64,000 nucleotides of DNA. It comes from a virus. Below are positions 9,770-18,220 of this stretch, one piece after another. Within the stretch, counting starts at the first letter, position 1; each line of letters starts with the position of its first letter. Where the stretch lies: positions 1 to 64,000 of the IMG/VR virus record IMGVR_UViG_3300034152_000556. One strand, written 5' to 3'. A model generated the notes under the pieces. It made no database searches. It had not been told where the DNA came from and worked only from the letters and a program-made list of their open reading frames with translations. The translations under genes and the position numbers were made by a program.

Positions 9770-9815
9770 ATGATCAATCTCCTTTCTAAGATAAATTGGG
9801 ACTTTTATTGTTTGC

Positions 9816-9829
9816 AATTAATATATATA
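9816..9829 (-). promoter_or_regulatory. Putative early/middle promoter element TATATATATTAATT
   Basis: Identical 14-mer at 19595-19608; both precede leftward non-structural operons in divergent gaps. Confidence 0.55.
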
Positions 9830-9831
9830 GT

Positions 9832-9846
9832 GAGAACAAACTATAA
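9832..9846 (+). promoter_or_regulatory. Putative phage late promoter (GAGAACAAACTATAA)
   Basis: Recurring motif in a divergent intergenic region. Confidence 0.6.
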
Positions 9847-9931
9847 ACACTTTCTACATAGTGTGGTCTCAAGCAGACTTAAAAATAAAAAACGAGGCTT
9901 TAGTCTGCGGCCTACCAAGGAGGTATGCACT

Positions 9932-10780
9932 ATGACATACAAAGACCGCTTCGTAGCCGAAGTCAAACACAACGGGCGAATTCTAAGAGTGAGAGATGGA
10001 TTCGTCACCCTACCTTTTGGAAGTGAATACTCACTTTTATTCAAAAACATGAACAGTCGAAGAGCAGCTGTAACGATCTCAATTGATGGTCAAGATGTTC
10101 TCGATGGTCAGAGTCTTGTTGTAAATCCAAATCAAACAGTTGAGTTGATGGGGTTTATGCGTGGTTCTTCAGTGAGAAATCGATTTAGATTTATCAAGAA
10201 AACTAAAGAAATCATGAATCATCGTGGAGATAGAATTGATGATGGTATGATTCGAATTGAGTTTGCTTACGAAAAGCCAGCACCAAAGATTCGTAAGGTT
10301 ATTGATGAACATCATTATCATTATCATTATTACAATGATCCATGGAAACTCTCAAGAACGATTTATGATTCATCTCCACAATGGACTTATAGCAATAATG
10401 CTGGTGGCATAGCTGGTAATGCACAATCTAATGGTTTTACAAATACGAATTTTTCTAATGCCGCCCTTAATGATGTATCAGCTTGCAATGCACCTGAGAA
10501 TGTAATGCAAAGTGTGAATAAAGAAGACCTTCAGACACCATTGGAAGATATGGGGATTACCGTGAAAGGTTCTGAAACATATCAAGGCTTTTATAATGTC
10601 ACGATGGGTGATACCGATGAAGCTGAAGTGATCATCATCAATCTAAAAGGGACCGATTCCCAAGGTCAAGTTGTACAACAACCTATCACAACAAGAGATA
10701 AGCTGACTTGCTCTTCATGTGGGAGAAAGTCCAGTTCTAACTATAAGTTCTGCCCTAACTGCGGGACTTATCTAGAATAA
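9932..10780 (+). CDS. Conserved phage protein with C-terminal zinc ribbon
   Basis: True start ATG 9932 after SD AAGGAGG; EYSLLFKN...SIDGQDVLDG core; CSSC...FCPNCG. Confidence 0.75.
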   Translation: MTYKDRFVAEVKHNGRILRVRDGFVTLPFGSEYSLLFKNMNSRRAAVTISIDGQDVLDGQSLVVNPNQTVELMGFMRGSSVRNRFRFIKKTKEIMNHRGDRIDDGMIRIEFAYEKPAPKIRKVIDEHHYHYHYYNDPWKLSRTIYDSSPQWTYSNNAGGIAGNAQSNGFTNTNFSNAALNDVSACNAPENVMQSVNKEDLQTPLEDMGITVKGSETYQGFYNVTMGDTDEAEVIIINLKGTDSQGQVVQQPITTRDKLTCSSCGRKSSSNYKFCPNCGTYLE

Positions 10781-10784
10781 ATCT

Positions 10785-10799
10785 GAGAACAAATATGTA
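10785..10799 (+). promoter_or_regulatory. Putative phage late promoter (GAGAACAAATATGTA) upstream of a non-coding hairpin
   Basis: Recurring motif; no ORF follows (ATG-TAG). Confidence 0.5.
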
Positions 10800-10878
10800 G
10801 AAAGTGTATAGCGCGGGTCACTTCTTGCAACGGCAAAGACAGATGTAGCTCTTTACCGGAAGTGGCCCGCTTTCTTCT
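10799..10878 (+). ncRNA. Candidate ~80-nt structured small RNA or long terminator
   Basis: 12-bp outer stem 10813-10824/10859-10870, inner stem 10831-10839/10850-10858, then TTTCTTCT; bracketed by two promoter motifs. Confidence 0.4.
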
Positions 10879-10887
10879 CAATTTAGT

Positions 10888-10902
10888 GAGAACAAAAAAC
10901 AA
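10888..10902 (+). promoter_or_regulatory. Putative phage late promoter (GAGAACAAAAAACAA) for the collar/sheath operon
   Basis: Recurring motif upstream of ATG 10933. Confidence 0.55.
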
Positions 10903-10932
10903 AACTGTTTTCATTTAAAGGATTTAAATGCG

Positions 10933-11598
10933 ATGGAAAAAACCATAGAAACAATAGAGATTAATGTTTCAGAAACCTATGCTGAGCATTGTGTAGAAGA
11001 TGCATTCAATGCAAAAATTTCTAAAATTCGAAGACCTCAAGGTGAGGTTCATGTCTATGAGGTTACGGATGAAGGAAAAAGAAAGCTTCTTCACAAAAAC
11101 AATCTAGTCCTTTATCAAGGGCGTGAGGTTATGGCTCAGCGAATAGTTAATACTGAGAACCCAAACGTAGACTCAACAGCAAATGAATTCATTGCTTGGT
11201 TTGGTATCGGTGAAGGCGGTGTCGATCCCGCCGACCCATTTACACCCGTAGCACCTATTCTAACCGACACCGATCTATACAATGAATATCCATTTAATGC
11301 TACTGAAGCTACATATGGCGATTTCAGATCAGGCAGTTACTACAAGTCTCCATTTGATTCTGTGGAATTTGAGCAAGACTCATTGAATGATGATAAATGG
11401 TTAGTATTGAAAATTACAACAACATTAGGAATTGATGATGGCAATGGTGGTCAGCTAAGTGAGGCTGGTCTATTTACAGCAAGTTCAACCAATGGAGGTT
11501 GGGCTGGTCCGTTCCATCTATTTGCAAGAGTTACTTTTCCATCGATAGTTAAGACAACCGCAAGACGTATTATTTTTGTATGGTACTTGTATGTATAA
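10933..11598 (+). CDS. Baseplate/tail-collar protein
   Basis: NLVLYQGR, GIGEGG, LSEAGLF, LFARVTFPSIVKT...WYLY motifs typical of myovirus collar/wedge proteins. Confidence 0.7.
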   Translation: MEKTIETIEINVSETYAEHCVEDAFNAKISKIRRPQGEVHVYEVTDEGKRKLLHKNNLVLYQGREVMAQRIVNTENPNVDSTANEFIAWFGIGEGGVDPADPFTPVAPILTDTDLYNEYPFNATEATYGDFRSGSYYKSPFDSVEFEQDSLNDDKWLVLKITTTLGIDDGNGGQLSEAGLFTASSTNGGWAGPFHLFARVTFPSIVKTTARRIIFVWYLYV

Positions 11599-11705
11599 TT
11601 AAGAAAGGAGGGATTTTTAGAAACAACCTGGAGAGAAAGGAAATTTGAAGCTATAGAGTTGAGTGATATGTAGAAAATACGTAATAATTCAGGAGGAAAA
11701 CAACT

Positions 11706-13658
11706 ATGGCAAATGTTTCTCCGGGTGTTTTTTCGAAGATCATTGATCTTTCGACATTTGTGCAAGCCGTACCATCGACAATTGGTATGATGTGCGCAAT
11801 CACCCCAAAAGGCGAAGACAATGTGCTGAAATTCATCGGTGGAAGATCAGAGTTTATTTCAGAATTCGGTGAACCAAATATTGCAACATACGGAAAAAAT
11901 TATGGTCAAGCTCCTTACATAGCATACAATTACCTTGGTGAGTCTGGGTCTTTCTATTTCATGAGAGTTATGCCAGATGATGCCGCATATTCAAACATAC
12001 GTATTGATGCTCTTTTTGCAGCAGCAGATAATACAGCAACGATTCAAGTTACATATGTTGACAGCTTAAATACAACAGCTGAAATAAAAACTAATCTTGC
12101 CCAATCAGGTACTACCTACCCTGTAGCATTCTTATACCCAATCGGTCGTGGTGAATATTACAATGCCATTGGTGTACGTTTTACGGAATCTGCAAACCCA
12201 CTTTCAGATGGTGTCTATACGATGGACATCTACGAGAAGCAATCAGATGGCGATGATGTTATCATCGAATCATTTGAAGTTTCTTTTGATCCAAACGCTG
12301 TGGATTCAGCTGGAAGCAGCATTTGGATTGTGGATGTTCTAAATACCTTTTCAGCATTTATGAGAGCTGAAATGATGATCAGCGATGAAGTTTGGTCTGC
12401 TGGTTATGATCTGATGATCAAGACGTGGGATAAAGAAATTGGTGATGTGACTGTTGTTAAAACAGCTGGTTCAGCAACCATCAGAGATATTAAACAAGAC
12501 TTCTCTGATTGGGAAACAGACCCAGAGACAGGCAATGCAACCTATATTGTTCAGGCAAAAGACGCAAAAGGCAATACAATTTGGGGCTGGTTAGGAGCCG
12601 CTTCAAATGATGATGACACATGTAATGTGTTTCCAGATAAAAACCTGACAGGCGGAACACAAGGTTGGAATGGAGATGTATCAGACTTTGATACAGCTTC
12701 AACAATTACTTATGTTATCAGACAAGCTAAAGGTAATGTAGCAGATGCTTTTACATCTTCAACACCTGTACCAATGAAGAAAGGTTCTGAAGGTTCATTA
12801 TTGACAGCTACAGGTACTCTTGATACAAATGAAGCAACCACACTTCTTAATCAAGGTTATACTGGTATTATCGATGATTCAGTTCTAGACACTGAGAATG
12901 TTTATTTCTCAATGGTATTTGATGGTGGATATCCTTCAGATGTCAAAACTGCTATCAGCACACTATGTCAGACAAGACGAGACTGTGTTGGTCTGTTAGA
13001 TAACGGTGACAATGCTACATTTAATGCAGCTATTGCATCACGTAATAACACCAATACATTTAACACTTACTTCTTGGCACTATACGAAGAGTATAATAAA
13101 GTATTTGACTCATTCACAGGTCAAGATATTTGGGTGTCTCCAATCTATCATATGTCTTACTTGGCTCCAAGAAATGACAATGTTGCACAACTATGGTATG
13201 CAATTGCTGGTTTTAACAGAGCCGCAATCGACACAATTAAAGAGCTGAGATACAATCCAAGACAAGGTCAAAGAGATCAGATGTACTTGAAACAGTTGAA
13301 CCCAATTGTTAAGTTTAACCCAGGATATGTTGTTTGGGGTCAGCTGACAACTCAAGCAAAAGCGAGTGCTCTTCAAGACCTAAATATTGTTCGTCTAGTT
13401 CTGTACATTAAACGAGCGTTTGAACAGTTCGCAAGATTTTATATCTTCGAACAAAATGATCAAATTACTTGGAATGAAGTGTCTGGTGCATTTGTTGAAT
13501 TTCTAGAAGTTATTAAGAAACAGAGAGGTCTGGATAGCTACTCTGTTTCTGCAAGCGCAACTGATTATGAAAGAAAGACGAAGAAATTTCACGTTGATGT
13601 TCTTCTTCAACCAACCAGAACAGTTGAGCAAATTCTTCTTAACTTCTTTATTCAATAA
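11706..13658 (+). CDS. Contractile tail sheath protein
   Basis: N-terminal SPGVFSKIID; WYAIAGFNR; LNPI...VVWGQLT; LNIVRL...FEQND. Confidence 0.93.
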   Translation: MANVSPGVFSKIIDLSTFVQAVPSTIGMMCAITPKGEDNVLKFIGGRSEFISEFGEPNIATYGKNYGQAPYIAYNYLGESGSFYFMRVMPDDAAYSNIRIDALFAAADNTATIQVTYVDSLNTTAEIKTNLAQSGTTYPVAFLYPIGRGEYYNAIGVRFTESANPLSDGVYTMDIYEKQSDGDDVIIESFEVSFDPNAVDSAGSSIWIVDVLNTFSAFMRAEMMISDEVWSAGYDLMIKTWDKEIGDVTVVKTAGSATIRDIKQDFSDWETDPETGNATYIVQAKDAKGNTIWGWLGAASNDDDTCNVFPDKNLTGGTQGWNGDVSDFDTASTITYVIRQAKGNVADAFTSSTPVPMKKGSEGSLLTATGTLDTNEATTLLNQGYTGIIDDSVLDTENVYFSMVFDGGYPSDVKTAISTLCQTRRDCVGLLDNGDNATFNAAIASRNNTNTFNTYFLALYEEYNKVFDSFTGQDIWVSPIYHMSYLAPRNDNVAQLWYAIAGFNRAAIDTIKELRYNPRQGQRDQMYLKQLNPIVKFNPGYVVWGQLTTQAKASALQDLNIVRLVLYIKRAFEQFARFYIFEQNDQITWNEVSGAFVEFLEVIKKQRGLDSYSVSASATDYERKTKKFHVDVLLQPTRTVEQILLNFFIQ

Positions 13659-13668
13659 TATTAGACAA

Positions 13669-13705
13669 AAAAACAGCTGGTCAGTGATTTTGACCAGCTG
13701 TTTTT
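13669..13705. terminator. Bidirectional intrinsic terminator
   Basis: AAAAACAGCTGGTCA-gtgattt-TGACCAGCTGTTTTT between convergent genes. Confidence 0.85.
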
Positions 13706-13711
13706 CCGCCG

Positions 13712-14227
13712 TTATTTCTTTCTCCAGTCCTCAAGTGCAACAACCCGCTCAACATATTTGTGTATTTCTTTGATATTCACCAAAGGAAATAGATTAATGA
13801 ACACAAATGATTTGGCATAGCGATTGTTCCTCAGGGTTGATAAAGCTTTATGTCTTTCTGTTTGAATGATTGATTCTTGTGCTGTTGTTACTTCGTGAAC
13901 TGATAGCGCTTTTTCTACAATTTGTTCATAGTATGTATTAATAGCCGCACCAAACATTTTCATGTCAATAACAAGACCAAGGTCTTTCAATATTTTGATG
14001 AATTGTTGAATGGAATCTTCATTTATTCTTGTTGTGTCAGTACTGAAAATTGGTGAGTTACATATACCCATAGAAATTGCTGTTATATTTTCTGGGTTTG
14101 CGCCTTCATATCTGAAGTACCCAGCCTGTTCTGCTGGTGACATGTATAGCGTAATATCAAAGTCTGGTGGTACTGCAATAAATGTAACAAATACATGTGC
14201 TAACCTCTCTTGCATATAATCAAACAT
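13712..14227 (-). CDS. Hypothetical protein
   Basis: 171-aa ORF, SD GAGG, last gene of the leftward operon. Confidence 0.65.
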   Translation of the reverse strand: MFDYMQERLAHVFVTFIAVPPDFDITLYMSPAEQAGYFRYEGANPENITAISMGICNSPIFSTDTTRINEDSIQQFIKILKDLGLVIDMKMFGAAINTYYEQIVEKALSVHEVTTAQESIIQTERHKALSTLRNNRYAKSFVFINLFPLVNIKEIHKYVERVVALEDWRKK

Positions 14228-14234
14228 ATTTACC

Positions 14235-14750
14235 TCAATGTTGGCTTATTTGAATAAAAGAAACATTTCTGAATGTGCCATCATGCTCTAATCTTCCTTC
14301 GAGCTGACCATTCTCGTCCCCGTAATTGAATTGATACAAAAACTTGCCAGCATTGTGTTTTATAAACCTTTCTGCAACTTTCTTTGCAGCTCTTAGGTTT
14401 GCACGTTGCTGTAACTTTTTTGCTTTCTGATAAAGGTCTGGGTATTTGCTCCACAGATCGTATTTGTTAACACCATGCTCTTCAGCAATTTTTTCTTCGT
14501 ATAGATCATATCTTGGTTGACCGGTGAAGCTTCCGTGTTGTATTTGTTCGGTTAACATTTTTAACATTGAAATTGAATCTGGGTTTATTATATATGGGTT
14601 CTGATGTGCGCAATCAGAATAAACTCTCTCCAATCGTTCTGAATCAATATTCAAGATGTTCAAATCTTTCAGCGCTGAAATAGGTGCTGAAAAAGCAACA
14701 AGAAACGAGCTTGAAGATGAGTTTGTAACAAAGTCAATTTTTATTTTCAT
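14235..14750 (-). CDS. 'MKIKxDFVTNSSS' family protein, copy 1
   Basis: N-terminus MKIKIDFVTNSSSSSFLV shared with two ORFs at 59.6-60.5 kb. Confidence 0.75.
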   Translation of the reverse strand: MKIKIDFVTNSSSSSFLVAFSAPISALKDLNILNIDSERLERVYSDCAHQNPYIINPDSISMLKMLTEQIQHGSFTGQPRYDLYEEKIAEEHGVNKYDLWSKYPDLYQKAKKLQQRANLRAAKKVAERFIKHNAGKFLYQFNYGDENGQLEGRLEHDGTFRNVSFIQISQH

Positions 14751-14897
14751 AACTCTCGACCGAATACATCTATACCAATCATTCCAACACCGTCATCGCA
14801 TTCTATGATTGTGTCGATTGGTGGTAGGGGTGATAAGCAGGGAAATTCTTCGAGTTGGTGAAATTTAAATTCTTGTTTCTTCCTATCAGTGGTGGGT

Positions 14898-15113
14898 TCA
14901 GGTTCCGTCATTAGCGGTATCTCCCTTCTTTGAGGTATAGTTGTCAGCTCCCCATCCCGTACCTTTCAGATGGAAAGCTGACAGTGATATCAATTTATTT
15001 GTGGGACCATTGCACTGAGGGCATCTTGGAAATTTGGCTGGGTCAAGTGAATGATCGCACAGTTTTTCAAATTCATATTTACAGAGTTTGCATTTAAATT
15101 CGTAGATTGGCAT
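14898..15113 (-). CDS. FmdB-family zinc-ribbon protein
   Basis: MPIYEFKCKLC...CPQC...FHLKGTGW; start ATG 15113 with SD AGGAG. Confidence 0.85.
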   Translation of the reverse strand: MPIYEFKCKLCKYEFEKLCDHSLDPAKFPRCPQCNGPTNKLISLSAFHLKGTGWGADNYTSKKGDTANDGT

Positions 15114-15121
15114 AACTACTC

Positions 15122-16174
15122 CTACAGACCAAGAGGGCAACAGTTTCTTTTTCTGAACAGAATCTTACGAAATATTTTAAAATCTTGTGCTTCTGTCCAC
15201 ACCTCTTGAATTGATTTTTCTTGTATTGATTCACCAACAGCTTTATGTGCAAAGCTACATGGCATTAGCCGCATGTCGGGAGAAATATAAGCACTCATTC
15301 TACCACCTTCGCAAGTATCAGTTGTTAACTGTTGAGCTTCTGTTATATCGTGTGTAATGAGATTAACTAGACAAGAGTCCATGCCGATCTTGAATGGTCG
15401 TGGATATTTCTCAGACACAACTTCTGCAAAGTGTTTGACTTGCTTTTTCTCTGGTATGAATTGAGTAAAATTCTTTGCTCTACCTTGCGGTTTGAACAAT
15501 AGAAAAATGATACCATTAATTGCTTCAATATCAAAAGGCGGTCGATTGACACCATTTACATTTCTCCAAGGGTTATGCCCATAAGCGAGTTTTATAACAT
15601 CGCCATAACTACCCCTTGTGAATACGTAATGAATATTTACTTTTCGCACACCGACTTTTTTAAAGCGGTTGATTGCGCGATAAGTATATGGTTGTTGATA
15701 ATCGCTTACTGCTACAGCACCACAGAGTCTTGAGACCTCTGCTTGTCTATTGGTCAATCCCCGACCACTTGTGGTATAGTTTGGAATCACGTTGTGTTCT
15801 CTACAGTATTCAATTATATGTTCGAAATTTTCATGATGGTTTGGGTCTCCCCTACCACCAAGTGCAACCTGATTGACACTCCCCTCAACTTCATCAATTA
15901 TCTTTTTAAAATTATTAAGTGTCATGTTGGGTTGACTTTTAGAGCCTTGATAACAAATTGCACATTTGTTTTTACAATGCCCCATGATGCCAATATCAAG
16001 CAGTGTTGGCATATCAAGCATGAAGGGGTCCGGGTTTCCATTTATACCCTCTAGAACTTCAAGGCCCGAATTACGATTGAACAGCACTCGATATCGATCT
16101 GTCTTTATCTCTTTGGTAAATGTCAATCTCAATCGAGTGCCATTAAAGTTCACGATTCTGCGAAATGATGTCAT
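15122..16174 (-). CDS. Radical SAM enzyme with SPASM/twitch domain
   Basis: CKNKCAIC (CxxxCxxC), ALGGRGDP, CEGGRMSAYISPDMRLMPCSF, C-terminal CP. Confidence 0.88.
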   Translation of the reverse strand: MTSFRRIVNFNGTRLRLTFTKEIKTDRYRVLFNRNSGLEVLEGINGNPDPFMLDMPTLLDIGIMGHCKNKCAICYQGSKSQPNMTLNNFKKIIDEVEGSVNQVALGGRGDPNHHENFEHIIEYCREHNVIPNYTTSGRGLTNRQAEVSRLCGAVAVSDYQQPYTYRAINRFKKVGVRKVNIHYVFTRGSYGDVIKLAYGHNPWRNVNGVNRPPFDIEAINGIIFLLFKPQGRAKNFTQFIPEKKQVKHFAEVVSEKYPRPFKIGMDSCLVNLITHDITEAQQLTTDTCEGGRMSAYISPDMRLMPCSFAHKAVGESIQEKSIQEVWTEAQDFKIFRKILFRKRNCCPLGL

Positions 16175-16177
16175 CGT

Positions 16178-16780
16178 TTACCCCGGAATCGCATTGATTG
16201 CGCAGACGAGCGTATATACGATAAAGAATACTACTGAAAGAACACCGCTTGCGCATTTCCACTCACCAGAGTCCCATTCATATGCGGATTTGTATTCGAT
16301 CATTTTTTCTTCACCTTTCATATATACGTGTTTAACGGGGAAGTGAAATTTTCGAACATAGATGCCCAAAAAGATTGTAAGTAAAACCCAACTACCAGTG
16401 CAAATGGCGAATTGAATAATATCAGCACCGAGAAGCTTATAAATAATAAGAACGGTTACCAGAATGCCAACTTCTGTTTTAATAAACTCATTAACTTCAA
16501 CAGATAGCGATCTTGCAATGTTCTTGAGTGTGTTGGCAAACGCTTCCCCAAGCTGATTCCAATCAGTCACCTCTTTCGTTATCGTTGTAACTGATTGTTG
16601 TTTCATCTGAGAGATGTGGTTGATGAGACTTTGTTTGGTTTGAGAACTCAAGTTTGGGTCGGTCAAGATTTCTTCAACGGTCATTGTTGATAAATCTTTT
16701 CCCTCAGAAGCCGAAGACGCCGTGCTTGCCCCGACGAACATTACGATCAACATTAGAACTGCTAGTACCTGTTTCATCAT
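16178..16780 (-). CDS. Membrane protein with signal peptide
   Basis: N-terminal signal plus three hydrophobic segments. Confidence 0.65.
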   Translation of the reverse strand: MMKQVLAVLMLIVMFVGASTASSASEGKDLSTMTVEEILTDPNLSSQTKQSLINHISQMKQQSVTTITKEVTDWNQLGEAFANTLKNIARSLSVEVNEFIKTEVGILVTVLIIYKLLGADIIQFAICTGSWVLLTIFLGIYVRKFHFPVKHVYMKGEEKMIEYKSAYEWDSGEWKCASGVLSVVFFIVYTLVCAINAIPG

Positions 16781-17843
16781 TCGTTCCTTTCAGAAAGTTT
16801 TCGCATATAGATATGCAAAGATTGTTAATCTGTTTATGTTTCGGTTTTTCTGGTAATACGCTGGTTTCAACTTTCTTCTTTGTTTCATTTTCGAACCATT
16901 CAAATCGTTCCATCAACTCATCATATGAGTATTTTCCGTCTCTAATTTTTAACAGTTCTTTAGCATTTGGTCTTGGTAAAGTGATGTGCCCAGTTTCAAG
17001 AAGTTCAAAACATTCTTCAGTTAATCTATATAGGTGCATACCATGCTTTGTATCATAGCCAAATTTGGCTTCTAAAGCTGCACGAGCGGGGTTTCTTGTT
17101 TTAACCCAGTGTTGGTATTGCTTCCAATGCTGAAGAGCTGATTTATATCCTCTCTCACGCGTATAGACCTCAATGAAGTTCTCTGACACATCATGAATTG
17201 GTTTGAGAAGTCGAAGATGCTCTGGTTCAACATTTCGAATGTTACTCAACAGAGCTTTGTAATTGTGTGTTTCTTCTAGCTCTAACAGTTCATCTTTTAG
17301 ATGATTATATTTACTGATTTGCTCTAGATAATCAGCTAATAAGCTATTGAATGCACCCATCTGATCGCCAGAGATCATTTTGCGTTCTTCAGGCAAACCA
17401 AAATCTTTGCGTTCTGGTTTTTTCTTGGGTGGATTTAGAAGCCATGCCCGATGGGTTTTGATGCGTTTGATTTGTGCAATAGCATACCCCATAAATGATC
17501 TTCTGCATTGTCTAGAAAGAAACAGATTTCTATTTTCGACAACGGTTTGCCATTCAGGAGTATTGATTTGAAGCTTTTCAGGTGGGACAAAAAGATATTC
17601 AATTACTGTAGGGTTTTGACTTATTGCCAACTTCATAAATTCTCGAATTTCTTTATATTCAATGTCGTTTTGTTTGTCTTGATAGTTTCTAGTTGTTGAT
17701 AAGAACCCATAAAAATATTCTTTGGTCGGTATGAACACACCCCTCAGATCAACGTCTGATTCGGGTGTGCTCGTACCGTAAAGATGGCTACCGGCGAGAA
17801 ACTCGCAGATAATTTTGAAGCCTTTTGGAAGTTCGATGCTCAT
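16704..17843 (-). CDS. Pol-beta superfamily nucleotidyltransferase (RlaP/Nuc-transf-like)
   Basis: GSHLYGTSTPESDVDLRGVF, NPTVIEYLF, GYDTKHGMHLYRL. Confidence 0.85.
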   Translation of the reverse strand: MSIELPKGFKIICEFLAGSHLYGTSTPESDVDLRGVFIPTKEYFYGFLSTTRNYQDKQNDIEYKEIREFMKLAISQNPTVIEYLFVPPEKLQINTPEWQTVVENRNLFLSRQCRRSFMGYAIAQIKRIKTHRAWLLNPPKKKPERKDFGLPEERKMISGDQMGAFNSLLADYLEQISKYNHLKDELLELEETHNYKALLSNIRNVEPEHLRLLKPIHDVSENFIEVYTRERGYKSALQHWKQYQHWVKTRNPARAALEAKFGYDTKHGMHLYRLTEECFELLETGHITLPRPNAKELLKIRDGKYSYDELMERFEWFENETKKKVETSVLPEKPKHKQINNLCISICENFLKGTNDETGTSSSNVDRNVRRGKHGVFGF

Positions 17844-18220
17844 AGATACTCAGGCTCCTTCTCTGATTTATTTTTGTCTGGCGCGATGGATTTTTCTTCT
17901 GATTCATGTTTGAGTTCTTCTTTCGCCTCTTCTTTTTCGGTTTCTTTTTTTCCGGTCCATTTCTCCATTATATCTTTACCATCTTTCTTTGCTTGCTCAA
18001 AAGCTTCTTTCGCTTCTTTGATAGTATCTTTAAATTCTTCCTTGACATCTGCCATTTCATCTTTGACATCTTTTACTTCTTCGGCAACTTCCGTTTTGAT
18101 TCTAGTCTCATCCTTATCATCATCACTACAGAGACCAAATCCACCTGTGGTAATGGCTATAAGTAAGAGCCACCCCCAAGGAAAGTCGCTTTCACCTTTT
18201 TCATTGAGAAACCAACTCAT
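17840..18220 (-). CDS. Membrane-anchored Lys/Glu-rich protein
   Basis: N-terminal hydrophobic segment, then highly charged helix. Confidence 0.6.
   Translation of the reverse strand: MSWFLNEKGESDFPWGWLLLIAITTGGFGLCSDDDKDETRIKTEVAEEVKDVKDEMADVKEEFKDTIKEAKEAFEQAKKDGKDIMEKWTGKKETEKEEAKEELKHESEEKSIAPDKNKSEKEPEYL

Noticed and set aside
9770-9931. N-terminal 54 aa of the track's 336-aa ORF
   Set aside because: Spans promoter motifs and a structured leader; SD AAGGAGG supports ATG 9932.
9841-10878. Retron or transposon explanation for the inverted repeat
   Set aside because: No reverse transcriptase, transposase or recombinase motifs in or near the unit.
14747-14911. Possible small gene between the FmdB and FVTNSSS genes
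   Set aside because: The SD-led ATG frame stops after 15 codons, and the longer ~50-codon frame has no clear start; could be a remnant but is unsupported.
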